Shown piece after piece: positions 28,083 through 37,824 of a DNA stretch of 64,000 nucleotides. The position numbers and the translations under genes were made by a program. The notes beneath the pieces were generated by a model. That model saw only the letters and a program-made list of their open reading frames with translations. It was not told where the DNA came from and did no database searches. The DNA comes from Candidatus Omnitrophota bacterium (lineage in GTDB: Bacteria; Omnitrophota; Gorgyraeia; Duberdicusellales; 4484-171): the NCBI GenBank assembly GCA_037146775.1, contig JBAWWL010000006.1:15120-79119 (forward strand), in the 5' to 3' direction. Position 1 is the first letter of the stretch. Each line of letters starts with the position of its first letter.

Positions 28083-28643
28083 CTAGGTTTTATCCTTTAT
28101 ATCACGACTTCCATCTTCTATCCTCTGTCTTCTGTCATCTGTCATCTGACCTCTGTCTTCTGTCCTCTGACTTCTGTCATCTGTCATCTGAATTCTGTCT
28201 TTCGGTTTCCAGTCTTTACGCAAAGGAAACTCATCCATCGGCCAGTCATCAGGCAGTGGATAACGATGTGAAGGCGACAAAGTATCAATTTTTATACCCA
28301 ATAAATCCATCATTTCCCTTTCATAAATCTCCGCATAAGGAAAATACGGGGTTACGGTTTTAAAAACAGGATTGTCTCTGGAAGCTCCTGTTTTAATATT
28401 CAAAAGAACCCCTTTGTTGTCAGCAAGATGGTACAGCGCCGCCATCTGGACACCCTCGTCAAGGCCGGTGATAGCACAAAGATTCCCAAATCCCAGGTTT
28501 TTTACTGCATAGTCAAATACCTCAAGGAATTGACTGCCTTCTATCTCCAAAAAAATACGGCGCTGGCGCATTATTCTGATTTTACCTTCTAAGTAATGAA
28601 AACGCGTAGTTAGTGCTTGTTGAATATTTTCTTCTGCCGACAT
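28083..28643 (-). CDS. NuoC/MbhK/HycE-N-like hydrogenase subunit with a repeat-encoded low-complexity C-terminal tail
   Basis: 30-kDa-subunit fold. The last ~35 residues come from the 7-bp repeat array; the true stop may lie earlier. Confidence 0.7.
   Translation of the reverse strand: MSAEENIQQALTTRFHYLEGKIRIMRQRRIFLEIEGSQFLEVFDYAVKNLGFGNLCAITGLDEGVQMAALYHLADNKGVLLNIKTGASRDNPVFKTVTPYFPYAEIYEREMMDLLGIKIDTLSPSHRYPLPDDWPMDEFPLRKDWKPKDRIQMTDDRSQRTEDRGQMTDDRRQRIEDGSRDIKDKT
28110..28200. repeat. Tandem array of 13 degenerate 7-bp units (TCTGNNN), inverted with respect to 27898-27988; it encodes the C-terminal tail of the NuoC-like protein
   Basis: tccatct tctatcc tctgtct tctgtca tctgtca tctgacc tctgtct tctgtcc tctgact tctgtca tctgtca tctgaat tctgtct. 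Translated on the minus strand this gives RIQMTDDRSQRTEDRGQMTDDRRQRIEDGS. Confidence 0.75.
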
Positions 28644-28667
28644 GATATAACCTTATACCTTAATTGA

Positions 28668-29114
28668 CTATTTTTCTTTTACCGGCGTTTTAAGGCTTTC
28701 TAATAATTTCACTACTCCATCGATGATCGCCTTCGGACTTGCCGGACAACCAGGAACATACGCAGAAACCGGTAATACCGAGTCAATACCCGATCCAACA
28801 TTATAACAGCCTTTAAATACACCCCCGGAGCACGCACAGGTGCCTACGGCGATGACAAATTTTGGCGCACACATTTGTTCATAGATCCGCCTCAACCTGT
28901 CTTCTACCTGTTTCGTTACCGGGCCCGAACAGACAAGGATATCCGCCTGCCGAGGACCGCTTTTAAGCTGAACACCAAAACGCTCCAGATCGTAACGCGG
29001 AGTAAGGGTAGCAATAAGTTCGATATCACACGCGTTGCACGCGCCGGTATTAAAATGCAGGATCCACGGTGATTTGATTCGTGCCCAATTTACAATTTCT
29101 TTTATGCTAGCCAT
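28668..29114 (-). CDS. [NiFe]-hydrogenase small subunit (NuoB/MbhJ/HycG-like)
   Basis: Cysteine motifs CNACDIE, GTCACSGG and VPGCP. Confidence 0.85.
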   Translation of the reverse strand: MASIKEIVNWARIKSPWILHFNTGACNACDIELIATLTPRYDLERFGVQLKSGPRQADILVCSGPVTKQVEDRLRRIYEQMCAPKFVIAVGTCACSGGVFKGCYNVGSGIDSVLPVSAYVPGCPASPKAIIDGVVKLLESLKTPVKEK

Positions 29115-29116
29115 TG

Positions 29117-29452
29117 CTATTGTTTTCTCAAAAGAATAGACAACCCGACAACCGTACCGATAACATAAAGAATCCCCATTTCGAATGTCTTAATAGTACC
29201 TACGGGGACGGTGGTGATAATCAATGTCGCTACGTGCGCCAAGGTAAAGAAAAATGCAAAAGGAAAAAAATTACTGTAATCTACCTGCGCCATATTATCG
29301 TACGTATCTTCACCGCATGCGTAAGAATCGCGACCTTCGTCAGGCTTTTTTCCAGAACGATAGGAAAGCTTGGAAAATAAATACATCAATAGCAGCGCTG
29401 CTGCCAGAATAATTAGCATAGTGATTGGCGGAATAAGTAATAAGGTTTTCAT
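29117..29452 (-). CDS. Small integral membrane subunit of the hydrogenase/Mrp module
   Basis: 111 aa with 3 TM segments; no specific family could be assigned. Confidence 0.4.
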   Translation of the reverse strand: MKTLLLIPPITMLIILAAALLLMYLFSKLSYRSGKKPDEGRDSYACGEDTYDNMAQVDYSNFFPFAFFFTLAHVATLIITTVPVGTIKTFEMGILYVIGTVVGLSILLRKQ

Positions 29453-29480
29453 GCTCTCTCAATCCCTGTTTATTAATTCT

Positions 29481-29801
29481 TTAATCTTTTAATTCCCTAT
29501 TTTTTCTTACATCCAATGAATGGGTGTGACGATACATACCTAATACCACCCCCACCGCCACGGCAATCACCACTACCTCCACCACTATCATGGTAATCAC
29601 CAGGCTCTGAGCTAAAGCAGCGTGGTTAGTAATATAACCCACCGCGATAATTGAAAGCGTAACTGCCTTCATTAATATCTCAAGGCCAATTAAAGCCCTG
29701 ATAAAGTTATATGTCACCAGTGTACAATACAACCCGACGATGAAAATCATGATAGTAAAAAGACTGAACGGCCAAAATAATTGCAATGAATTAACGATCA
29801 T
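29481..29801 (-). CDS. MrpC/MnhC/NuoK-like subunit
   Basis: 106 aa, 3 TM; GLEILMKAVTLSIIA resembles NuoK/MnhC. Confidence 0.65.
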   Translation of the reverse strand: MIVNSLQLFWPFSLFTIMIFIVGLYCTLVTYNFIRALIGLEILMKAVTLSIIAVGYITNHAALAQSLVITMIVVEVVVIAVAVGVVLGMYRHTHSLDVRKNRELKD

Positions 29802-30285
29802 CCTTTCCGGACTCCTTAAATAATATCACTACGCTGAATACACCGGCCAATAAAATCATTATTTGCCCTAAAAGTTCTATTGGCCTATCATTCCACAAAA
29901 CTGTACGTGCATCTTTTTCTATTTCCGGTAACGGCAAGGCCAGGCGCGGCACGACGGAAATCATATTCAAAGCCACACCTACCACTACTACAATAAACGG
30001 CAAATACCAGAACCTGCGAATCCTATCTTTCATATGTTGCAGAACCTCTTCACGCGTAAGTGGGTGAGTTAAGCTGATGGTACTGATGAATAAAACCGGG
30101 ATTAAACCAGCGCACACCGAAAGTTCAAACACCGCTGCCAAAGGCGAACGCAACATAAACATAATCATAGTAAGCAATGAGCTCATCATAGCAAGACAGA
30201 TGGCTGAACGCAACAAACTCCTGGTCATAGCTGCCCAGAGGGCAACGGCTGTTAACGATATAAGAATAAGGATGAACGCAAGCAT
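29791..30285 (-). CDS. MnhB/MrpB-domain membrane subunit
   Basis: 164 aa polytopic protein of MnhB type. Confidence 0.5.
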   Translation of the reverse strand: MLAFILILISLTAVALWAAMTRSLLRSAICLAMMSSLLTMIMFMLRSPLAAVFELSVCAGLIPVLFISTISLTHPLTREEVLQHMKDRIRRFWYLPFIVVVVGVALNMISVVPRLALPLPEIEKDARTVLWNDRPIELLGQIMILLAGVFSVVILFKESGKDDR

Positions 30286-31719
30286 TTAACCTCCGACGAA
30301 AAAACGTACCGGTAATATAAAAACATCCAATATAAAAGGAAAAAATAAACCTGCCGCTACTACAATAAACGCGAGCACTATCGACGCTAACACCAAGCCA
30401 AAACCAGCTTCGTGCGTATGAGCTAAATCTTGCCGCAATTTTCCGAAAAATACCATCCGTTGCATTGCTAAAAGATAACTCAAAGTTAAAACGCTTGCTA
30501 AAATCGCCGCAAAAGCAATAGCAAAATGCCCGGTCTGCCATAAAGCTATTACGATAAGAAGCTTGCTCCAAAAACCTGCCAACGGCGGGACACCGGCGGC
30601 AGACAGACTGGCAAGAACTGAAGTAAAACCGGTAACCGGCATGGTTTTAGAAAGCCCTCCCATCCGATGCATATCCGTTGTGCCGGTTTCCAGTTCCAAA
30701 GCAGCCGCGTTGACGAATAACAGTGACTTAAAAATCGTATGATTGAAAAAATGAAAGGCTGCTGCTGCCATGCCTAAGGGCGTTGCGCAACCAAGACCCA
30801 GCATAATATAGCCTACCTGGCTGATACTGGAATAGGCGAGCATTCTTTTCAAATCACTTTGAGCCAACGCAGCTAAAGCTGCAATAAATATGGAAAGTAA
30901 GCCGATACTTAAGATAACCATGTCCACCGAAGCATCCGGCATAAAAACAAAACTCACTACTCTTATCAGAGCATACACGCCTAAAATCTTGGATACTATA
31001 CCAGCGAGAAATAAAGAAACGGCTGCGGAAGAATGAGAATACACATCAGGAAGCCAGGCATGAAACGGAACAAGTCCTGCTTTTACGGAAAGTCCGCTGA
31101 TAAAAAGCCCCACAGCAAGCATAGCCAGAAACGTATGCTCCGAACGGGGAAGTGCCTGATGTATTGCCATAAAATGAGTGCTGCCGGTAATAAGGAGTAA
31201 AATGGCTATTGATAACAGCATAAAAACCGAAGCAACGATGGAAAGAACGATATATTTAAATGTCGCACTCATCGCCCGCAAGTCTTTTTCGAAAGAAATA
31301 AGAACATAGGAAGCCACCGCGGTGATTTCAATAAAGACATACAGAGAAAAAATATCAGCCACCAAGACCACCGCGTTCATCCCGCTTACCGCGAACAACA
31401 ACAGATTAATAAAGTTAAATTTGCGCCGCTGATCTTTATGCACAGAGGCGGCCACCACTAACGTCAAGGACGCTACAATACCGATACAAAGCAGCATTAG
31501 AATACTTAAACCGTCCAGCATAAGCCCGAATTTAAACATAGAGCCGGGCAATTGGAAACTTGTAGCATAGGATGGTATAGTCAGAAAAAACGACAGAACT
31601 GCCTGGGCGCCAAACAAAAGTAAGCTCCACCAAAATATAAATCCGCGTCCTCTATTGAAAAAAGGAAGATTAAAAATGATGACGCTTAAAAATGGGACTA
31701 CTATCAATAGGGATAACAT
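30286..31719 (-). CDS. Mrp antiporter-like subunit (MrpD/NuoM-like)
   Basis: 477 aa proton-pumping-subunit family (WLPDVYSHSSAAVS). Confidence 0.8.
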   Translation of the reverse strand: MLSLLIVVPFLSVIIFNLPFFNRGRGFIFWWSLLLFGAQAVLSFFLTIPSYATSFQLPGSMFKFGLMLDGLSILMLLCIGIVASLTLVVAASVHKDQRRKFNFINLLLFAVSGMNAVVLVADIFSLYVFIEITAVASYVLISFEKDLRAMSATFKYIVLSIVASVFMLLSIAILLLITGSTHFMAIHQALPRSEHTFLAMLAVGLFISGLSVKAGLVPFHAWLPDVYSHSSAAVSLFLAGIVSKILGVYALIRVVSFVFMPDASVDMVILSIGLLSIFIAALAALAQSDLKRMLAYSSISQVGYIMLGLGCATPLGMAAAAFHFFNHTIFKSLLFVNAAALELETGTTDMHRMGGLSKTMPVTGFTSVLASLSAAGVPPLAGFWSKLLIVIALWQTGHFAIAFAAILASVLTLSYLLAMQRMVFFGKLRQDLAHTHEAGFGLVLASIVLAFIVVAAGLFFPFILDVFILPVRFFVGG

Positions 31720-31723
31720 ATTT

Positions 31724-33568
31724 TTATCTACCTTTAATTGAATAAAAGAGAAATACCACCACGAGAGATAACCCCGCCAACGCCCACCCTAAATATACGG
31801 AATAATTTTCTGTATGCCTCCTCTTAATAACACCGGCGAGCCATACAATAAACTTTGCCACTACACCTTCGTATAACCAGTCTATTTTTCTGTCTACCCA
31901 AAAAGCAATCGCGCACATCCTTTTTAAAAAAATACGGCCGACATCGTACGGGTCGAAGAATCTACGTTCGGCTCGATCGTATACCCCGCGAAGCAAAGGT
32001 GCGCGGCGTATATGATCGGCGGCATGCAGGCCGCTGCCGGACATCTTTACTCCAAAAATATGATTCAAAAATGCCAGCACCAAGACTATCACAGTCGCAA
32101 TCGTAAGTTTCAGATTTAAAGGAAAAACAGTAAAACTATGACCGTGTAACCTCTCCTGGCCCAATACAGGGGCAATCAGCTTAGCCAGAGGTACACTATT
32201 GAACAAACCGAATAATATACAGAAGAGACTTAAAACGATCATAGGAACTAACATACCCCAGGATGCTTCTTGTGCGCTTTTGTTTTTTTCCGAGACACCG
32301 CCAAAGAATACGGCATGGCCGAGCTTTAAAAAAGAGGCGGCCGTGAAGAAAGATCCTATAATTGCCGCAAGATAAAAAATAAGCCCCCTACTCAGGGCTG
32401 CTTCATAAATTAATTCTTTAGAGAAAAATCCGTTAAAGGGTGGAACTCCCGATATCGAAACAGCGGTAACAGCAAAACATACGAAGGTTACCGGCATTTT
32501 CTTCATCAAGCCGCCCAAAACTTCTAAATCAGCCGTTCCTGTTTGTTTTTCTACCGAGCCGGCAGTAAGAAAAAGAGCGCTTTTGTAAATTGCGTTATTA
32601 ATCATATGAAACAATCCACCCACAATACCTATGGGCAACGCCGTACCGATACCTAAGATCATGTAACCCACCTGGCTGATAGCATGATATGAAAGAAGCC
32701 GTTTATAGTTTTTCTGGATCAAGGCCATCATGACCGCCAGAAGTATAGTGCCTGAGCCAATAATCATAAGTAAAACACTCAACCAGGAAGCCGGGTTAAG
32801 CTGAAACAAATCCAAGGAAATTCGGGTGAGAAAATAGATACCTAAAAGTTTTTCTAAAACTGCAGGCACCAGGGCCATGAAAGGCACGTCGCTTGCAATG
32901 GCGGCGTCGGGTATCCAGCTGTGAAACGGCATAGAGCCGGCCTTAGAGATAGCACCAATCATCAAAAGAATAAATGCAACCACAGACATCCCCTGCAAAG
33001 GAAGATTAATCTTTGACATAGTCAATGTTCCGGCGAGATAGCCACAGAGAGCTATACCGATCATCATACACAAATCCGCGATACCGGTTATTATAAAAGC
33101 TTTTGTTGCCGCTTTAAACGCGTGGTTTGAGCCGATAGCTATCATCCCGAAAAGAACCAAAAGCAATCCCTCCCAGAAAAATAGCATCAGGAACAAGTTA
33201 TCAGAAAGCACTGCGCCGCAGGCAAAAGCAATGGTTATCAAAAAATAGGAGTAAAACTGCCGCAAGTGCGCCTTAGCGCTCATGAAAAAAACTGAGTACA
33301 GAGAGATCAAAAACCCGAATCCATTGACTGCCAGCATAATAAACGCGCTGAAGCGGTATAATCGTAAAGAAAATTCAAAAGACGGCCCCAGCCAAGGCAA
33401 AATATACACGCAATCATTTTTAAATAGAAATAAAGTCAATAAAAAATTGGCTGCCGTAGCAGAGAGCGTAATACATTCTCTTACCTTACGTAACCTATGC
33501 GGAACAAAAAATGTTCCTAAGGCAGCGGCTAAGGGTATAAGTATTGGCAGAAATAGCAGCTTATTCAT
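31724..33568 (-). CDS. Mrp antiporter-like subunit (MrpA/NuoL-like)
   Basis: 614 aa (WIPDAAIASDVPFMA); C-terminal extension typical of NuoL/MrpA. Confidence 0.8.
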   Translation of the reverse strand: MNKLLFLPILIPLAAALGTFFVPHRLRKVRECITLSATAANFLLTLFLFKNDCVYILPWLGPSFEFSLRLYRFSAFIMLAVNGFGFLISLYSVFFMSAKAHLRQFYSYFLITIAFACGAVLSDNLFLMLFFWEGLLLVLFGMIAIGSNHAFKAATKAFIITGIADLCMMIGIALCGYLAGTLTMSKINLPLQGMSVVAFILLMIGAISKAGSMPFHSWIPDAAIASDVPFMALVPAVLEKLLGIYFLTRISLDLFQLNPASWLSVLLMIIGSGTILLAVMMALIQKNYKRLLSYHAISQVGYMILGIGTALPIGIVGGLFHMINNAIYKSALFLTAGSVEKQTGTADLEVLGGLMKKMPVTFVCFAVTAVSISGVPPFNGFFSKELIYEAALSRGLIFYLAAIIGSFFTAASFLKLGHAVFFGGVSEKNKSAQEASWGMLVPMIVLSLFCILFGLFNSVPLAKLIAPVLGQERLHGHSFTVFPLNLKLTIATVIVLVLAFLNHIFGVKMSGSGLHAADHIRRAPLLRGVYDRAERRFFDPYDVGRIFLKRMCAIAFWVDRKIDWLYEGVVAKFIVWLAGVIKRRHTENYSVYLGWALAGLSLVVVFLFYSIKGR

Positions 33569-33575
33569 CTTATTA

Positions 33576-35018
33576 TTAGTGGCTCATTATTTGCCAAGTG
33601 GCAACCTTGGCAAAAATAAAAGGAAAATTAATCAAGATCCCGCTCGCCAAAGAAAGGATTGCCAGCGTTACCACACAGGCGAGCATCCCTGGCGAACCCT
33701 CTATAGCTTCTGGCCCGTGCGTTTCTCCCATAAAAACCATGTTGAATACCCTGAAAAGATACGCAATAGTTAAACAAGCTCCCGCTAAAAAAAGAAATAT
33801 AATATAGAAATTCCCGGACTCTGCCGCAGCGCTAAAAACCATATACTTGCTAAAAAACCCTCCAAAAGGCGGTATCCCCATTACGGAAAAAGCGCAAAAC
33901 AAAAAAGATACAGCGGTAAGAGGCATGGTCTTGATAAGCCCTCCGAGAGAGGTAATATCTCTTGTTTTCGTGTTCTGTTCGACAATACCGGCGCAAAGAA
34001 AAAGTCCGGCCTTGGAAATACCGTGCATAAGAATATATAACAGCGCGCCGATAATACCGATTTCCTTGCCGAGAGCAAATCCAAGAAAAATAAAACCTAT
34101 CTGGCTAATAGTGGAATACGCGATGATCCGTTTTAAGTCCGTTTCTATCAAAGCTGCTCCTCCGGCCACCAGAGCGCTCACACCCGCACTACAAGGTATG
34201 ATGGTATGCCAAATAAACGAAACATCAAAAGTTGCCACAAAAATCCTGGCAAAAACATACACCCCTATTTTAACCAGCACGGCCGCATGCAGAAGTGCTG
34301 TCACCGGAGAAGGCGCAATACCGGCATCAGGAAGCCAAGTCTGAAAAGGCAGCGTGGCTGATTTGGCGAATATGCCGCACAAAAGCAGCAACACCACCAT
34401 ATTATCCAACGGCCGGGACTTAAAAACTTCTCGTATAACCGCAAGGTCAAACGAGCCAGCCTGCTGATAGATAGAAATAAAACCGATCAGCATCAAAAGC
34501 GATCCGAAGATCGTTATGAGAAAAGCTTTATCAGCGCGCAGAATATAGTGTTTCTCCCTGAAAAAACCGATCAAACGCCAGCTACATACGGCGGTTATTT
34601 CCCAAAAAACATATATAAATATCAAGTTGGCGGAAAAAACCAGCCCCATCATCGCCCCCAGGAATAAGGTAACCATAGAATAATATTCGTTCTGATTTTC
34701 ATAATGGCTGATATAGCTAAAAGAATAAAGTAGAATAACCGTGCTCAAAAATGCCGACACGCAAGCCATAAAAACAGCTAATGAGTCGGCAGTAAACACA
34801 AGATTGAAACCCTGCGGGAATTGTCGCGCAAAGATCAAGGTTTTCCCGGATATTACCAACGGTATCAGCGACAAAGAAAGCACAAACGAAGAAAAAATCA
34901 AAATAAAGGAAAAAATATTTCGTAACCGGGCATTATATCGACCTAATAACGGCAGGAAAAATGCTCCAGCAAGAGGGATAAAAATAGTGCTCAAAAGTAT
35001 CATTTTGTATTTAATCAT
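33576..35018 (-). CDS. Mrp antiporter-like subunit (MrpD/NuoN-like)
   Basis: 480 aa (WLPDAGIAPSPVTA); its start overlaps or abuts the mgtA stop. Confidence 0.8.
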   Translation of the reverse strand: MIKYKMILLSTIFIPLAGAFFLPLLGRYNARLRNIFSFILIFSSFVLSLSLIPLVISGKTLIFARQFPQGFNLVFTADSLAVFMACVSAFLSTVILLYSFSYISHYENQNEYYSMVTLFLGAMMGLVFSANLIFIYVFWEITAVCSWRLIGFFREKHYILRADKAFLITIFGSLLMLIGFISIYQQAGSFDLAVIREVFKSRPLDNMVVLLLLCGIFAKSATLPFQTWLPDAGIAPSPVTALLHAAVLVKIGVYVFARIFVATFDVSFIWHTIIPCSAGVSALVAGGAALIETDLKRIIAYSTISQIGFIFLGFALGKEIGIIGALLYILMHGISKAGLFLCAGIVEQNTKTRDITSLGGLIKTMPLTAVSFLFCAFSVMGIPPFGGFFSKYMVFSAAAESGNFYIIFLFLAGACLTIAYLFRVFNMVFMGETHGPEAIEGSPGMLACVVTLAILSLASGILINFPFIFAKVATWQIMSH

Positions 35019-37617
35019 AACCGAATTTCCTGATAAACCACCCTTTCACTATCTGGACTAAGATGAGATACGTGAGGACCATAAAAAATAGAAACACAAA
35101 ATAAAGCGGCGGCGGAGCCACGAAACTAAAAGCGCTCGCCAAAGGCGAAAATGGGATCGCGATACCGATAGTAACTATTAAAATCGAAGTCAAAATCAAA
35201 AAACGGCTGGGACGGCTTTCAATAAAAGGAATTTTTCCGGTACGTATTATATGGATAACCAGCGTCTGGGTGCACAGGGACTCGATGAACCATCCAGTAT
35301 GGAAAAGCGCCGGGTTATTCCAAGTGTTAAAAACAAAAAGCATTATACCATAGGTAAGAAAATCGTAAATCGAACTTAAAGGCCCTATGATAACCATAAA
35401 ATTCCTGATCGCCTTCACATTCCAGGGCCTGGGCTTACTTAAATAATCCCTATCCACCTCATCAGTAGGTATCGCCACTTGGGAGAGGTCATAAAGAAAA
35501 TTATTGAGCAATATCTGGATAGGTAACATCGGCAAAAACGGCAAGAACAGACTGCCGCCGGTCATACTAAGCATATTGCCAAAATTGGAGCTGGAGCCCA
35601 TCTTGATATATTTAACGATATTACCGAAGGTTTTTCTGCCCTCCATAACGCCGTCTTCAAGCACCATAAGGCTTTTCTTCAAAAGTATAATATCCGCTGA
35701 TTCCTTGGCAATATCCACCGCATTATTTACGGAAATGCCTACATCCGAAGCTTTAAGGGCGGGTGCATCATTGATACCGTCACCGAGGTAACCGACGATG
35801 TGCTGGTTATTATGCAAGGCGTGGATAACCCGTTCTTTTTGCAACGGTGCAAGCCGAGCAAAGACAGTGGTGGTTTTCACTACTTCCCGGAGTTCCTGAT
35901 CACTCATTGTTTCGATCTGGATACCAGTAACCAGACCTTTCACGTCCAACCCCACTTCTTTGCATATTTTCTTGGTTACCAACTCGTTATCACCGGTTAA
36001 AACCTTAACTTCCACTCCTAAATTTTTAAGAGCTCTGATGGCTTTCTTGGCCGTAGGCTTTGGCGGATCAAGAAACGCTAAATAACCTTTAAGCACCAAA
36101 TCTTTTTCATCTTCTTTCGAATACACGTCTTTTGCGGTATCGATATCCTTATAAGCAACAGCCAAAACCCTGAAACCTTCGGAACTTAGCTTATCATATT
36201 CCTCTTTAAGATCGGCAAGTATCAAATACTCCATATCCAGGAATTCTCCGTCTATTTCGTACTTCGAACATCGTTTAAAAATTTCCTCCGGTGCACCCTT
36301 GGAAATAATACGTCGTTTACCGTCCATATCAACCACTACCGACATTATTTTTCTGGAAAAATCAAAGGGTATTTCGTCTATCTTTCTAAATTTTTCCGTC
36401 AACACTTCCTGGTGCTTTAAAATAGCGCGGTCAAGAAGATTTTTTAAACCAGTCTGAAAAAAACTATTAAGGTAAGAAACCCGCAGAACATCCTCGTCTT
36501 CCCTGCCTACCACATCGCAGTGCCTTTCCAAAACTATATGGTCCAGGGTTAAGGTGCCGGTCTTATCGGTGCAGAGCACATCCATTGCTCCAAAATTCTG
36601 TATGGAGTTTAAGCGCTTAACAATAACCTGTTTCTTCGACATCTTGATCGCACCCTTGGAAAGATTGATCGCCACCAGCATCGGCAACATTTCCGGAGTC
36701 AAACCAACCGCCACACCAAGAGAAAACAACAAGGACTCAATGAGGTTTCCGCGCCGCAGCGCGTTGATAGCGAAAATAAAGCATACCATAAAAAGCATAG
36801 CGCGGATCATCAGCCAGGTAAATCTTTGTATCCCTTTGTCGAAACTCGTTTCCACCCTAATGGTAGCCAGCCGGCGCGATAGCTCTCCAAACCGGGTATT
36901 AATGCCGGTTTTTATCGCAACGCCTAAAGCCGTTCCGCTCACCACGCTTGAGCCCATAAAGACAATATTAGACAGCTCTGAAATGGAATTATTTTTCGGC
37001 TGGATAACATCCGAGTTCTTTTCGATGGGGAATGATTCTCCGGTTAAAGAAGCCTGGTTAATAAAAAGATCTTTGGAAGAAATAATCCTTAAGTCAGCCG
37101 GGATCATATCGCCGGCGAACAAATCAACGATATCTCCGGGGACTATCTCCCTGATGTTGATTTCTTGTGCCTGGCCATCACGGTACACGGTAGCGGTAGT
37201 ACGCACCATTTCTCTTAATTTTTCGGCTTCTTTGCTGGAACGGTATTCTTGAACAAAGGAAAGAAAAACGCTCATTAGAACCATCGCAAAAACCAGTATG
37301 GCGCTGATTTTGCCTCCAAAAAATAACGAAAAGGTTCCAATAATAATCAGCACGATAACGAGTGGGTTGAGAAACTTGGAAAGAATTTGTGCGAAAATAG
37401 TACGCTTTTTCTTCTTGGCAGGCTCATTGGGACCGTACACAGAAAGGCGCTCGCGGGCATCTTTCGTCGAAAGCCCCTTTTCGGAAGTTTTCAGTCTCTC
37501 AAAAATCGCTTTAAGAGAGGCGCTCACAAAACCAACCTCAAAACCTGCAAACTGACCCCGGTCACCTGGAGAAAGAGGTGTAACGTGAGTAGTGTTTGGC
37601 TTCCAAGATATTCTCAT
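35011..37617 (-). CDS. mgtA: Mg2+-importing P-type ATPase MgtA
   Basis: 868 aa; phosphorylation site CTDKTGTLT; MgtA-specific AGDMIPADLRI, QASLTGESFPIEK and LTGDNELVTKKICKEVGL. Confidence 0.85.
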   Translation of the reverse strand: MRISWKPNTTHVTPLSPGDRGQFAGFEVGFVSASLKAIFERLKTSEKGLSTKDARERLSVYGPNEPAKKKKRTIFAQILSKFLNPLVIVLIIIGTFSLFFGGKISAILVFAMVLMSVFLSFVQEYRSSKEAEKLREMVRTTATVYRDGQAQEINIREIVPGDIVDLFAGDMIPADLRIISSKDLFINQASLTGESFPIEKNSDVIQPKNNSISELSNIVFMGSSVVSGTALGVAIKTGINTRFGELSRRLATIRVETSFDKGIQRFTWLMIRAMLFMVCFIFAINALRRGNLIESLLFSLGVAVGLTPEMLPMLVAINLSKGAIKMSKKQVIVKRLNSIQNFGAMDVLCTDKTGTLTLDHIVLERHCDVVGREDEDVLRVSYLNSFFQTGLKNLLDRAILKHQEVLTEKFRKIDEIPFDFSRKIMSVVVDMDGKRRIISKGAPEEIFKRCSKYEIDGEFLDMEYLILADLKEEYDKLSSEGFRVLAVAYKDIDTAKDVYSKEDEKDLVLKGYLAFLDPPKPTAKKAIRALKNLGVEVKVLTGDNELVTKKICKEVGLDVKGLVTGIQIETMSDQELREVVKTTTVFARLAPLQKERVIHALHNNQHIVGYLGDGINDAPALKASDVGISVNNAVDIAKESADIILLKKSLMVLEDGVMEGRKTFGNIVKYIKMGSSSNFGNMLSMTGGSLFLPFLPMLPIQILLNNFLYDLSQVAIPTDEVDRDYLSKPRPWNVKAIRNFMVIIGPLSSIYDFLTYGIMLFVFNTWNNPALFHTGWFIESLCTQTLVIHIIRTGKIPFIESRPSRFLILTSILIVTIGIAIPFSPLASAFSFVAPPPLYFVFLFFMVLTYLILVQIVKGWFIRKFGYD

Positions 37618-37722
37618 ACGTATTATATTGTTTTCATGTTATACGGTTAATCAAAAAATAAATAAGTCTTCCAGTATATCTACCGAAAGACTTTATATTC
37701 TTTACCTTAACTCGAATGGACG

Positions 37723-37750
37723 ATTTTACTCTTCTTCATTCATTTGTCAA
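37723..37750 (-). promoter_or_regulatory. Sigma70-like promoter upstream of mgtA
   Basis: On the minus strand: TTGACA (37745-37750), 16-nt spacer, TAAAAT (37723-37728); an AT-rich leader of ~100 nt runs to the mgtA start. Confidence 0.45.
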
Positions 37751-37824
37751 TATTTTTAGGTGATAGGTAGCGCTTCCGGCGTTTCTAAATTGTTATCAAA
37801 GAATTTTCAAGCGTAAATTATATC

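Noticed and set aside
27898-28200. Possible CRISPR array
   Set aside because: The repeat unit is 7 bp and directly tandem with no spacers. The two arrays are inverted. No cas genes are present.
27776-28363. 195-aa plus-strand ORF (and the 143-aa ORF at 27655-28086) spanning the hydrogenase intergenic region
   Set aside because: They are translations of the 7-bp repeat arrays and the CT-rich spacer, antisense to the operon. The composition is low-complexity, and no start or Shine-Dalgarno context is present.
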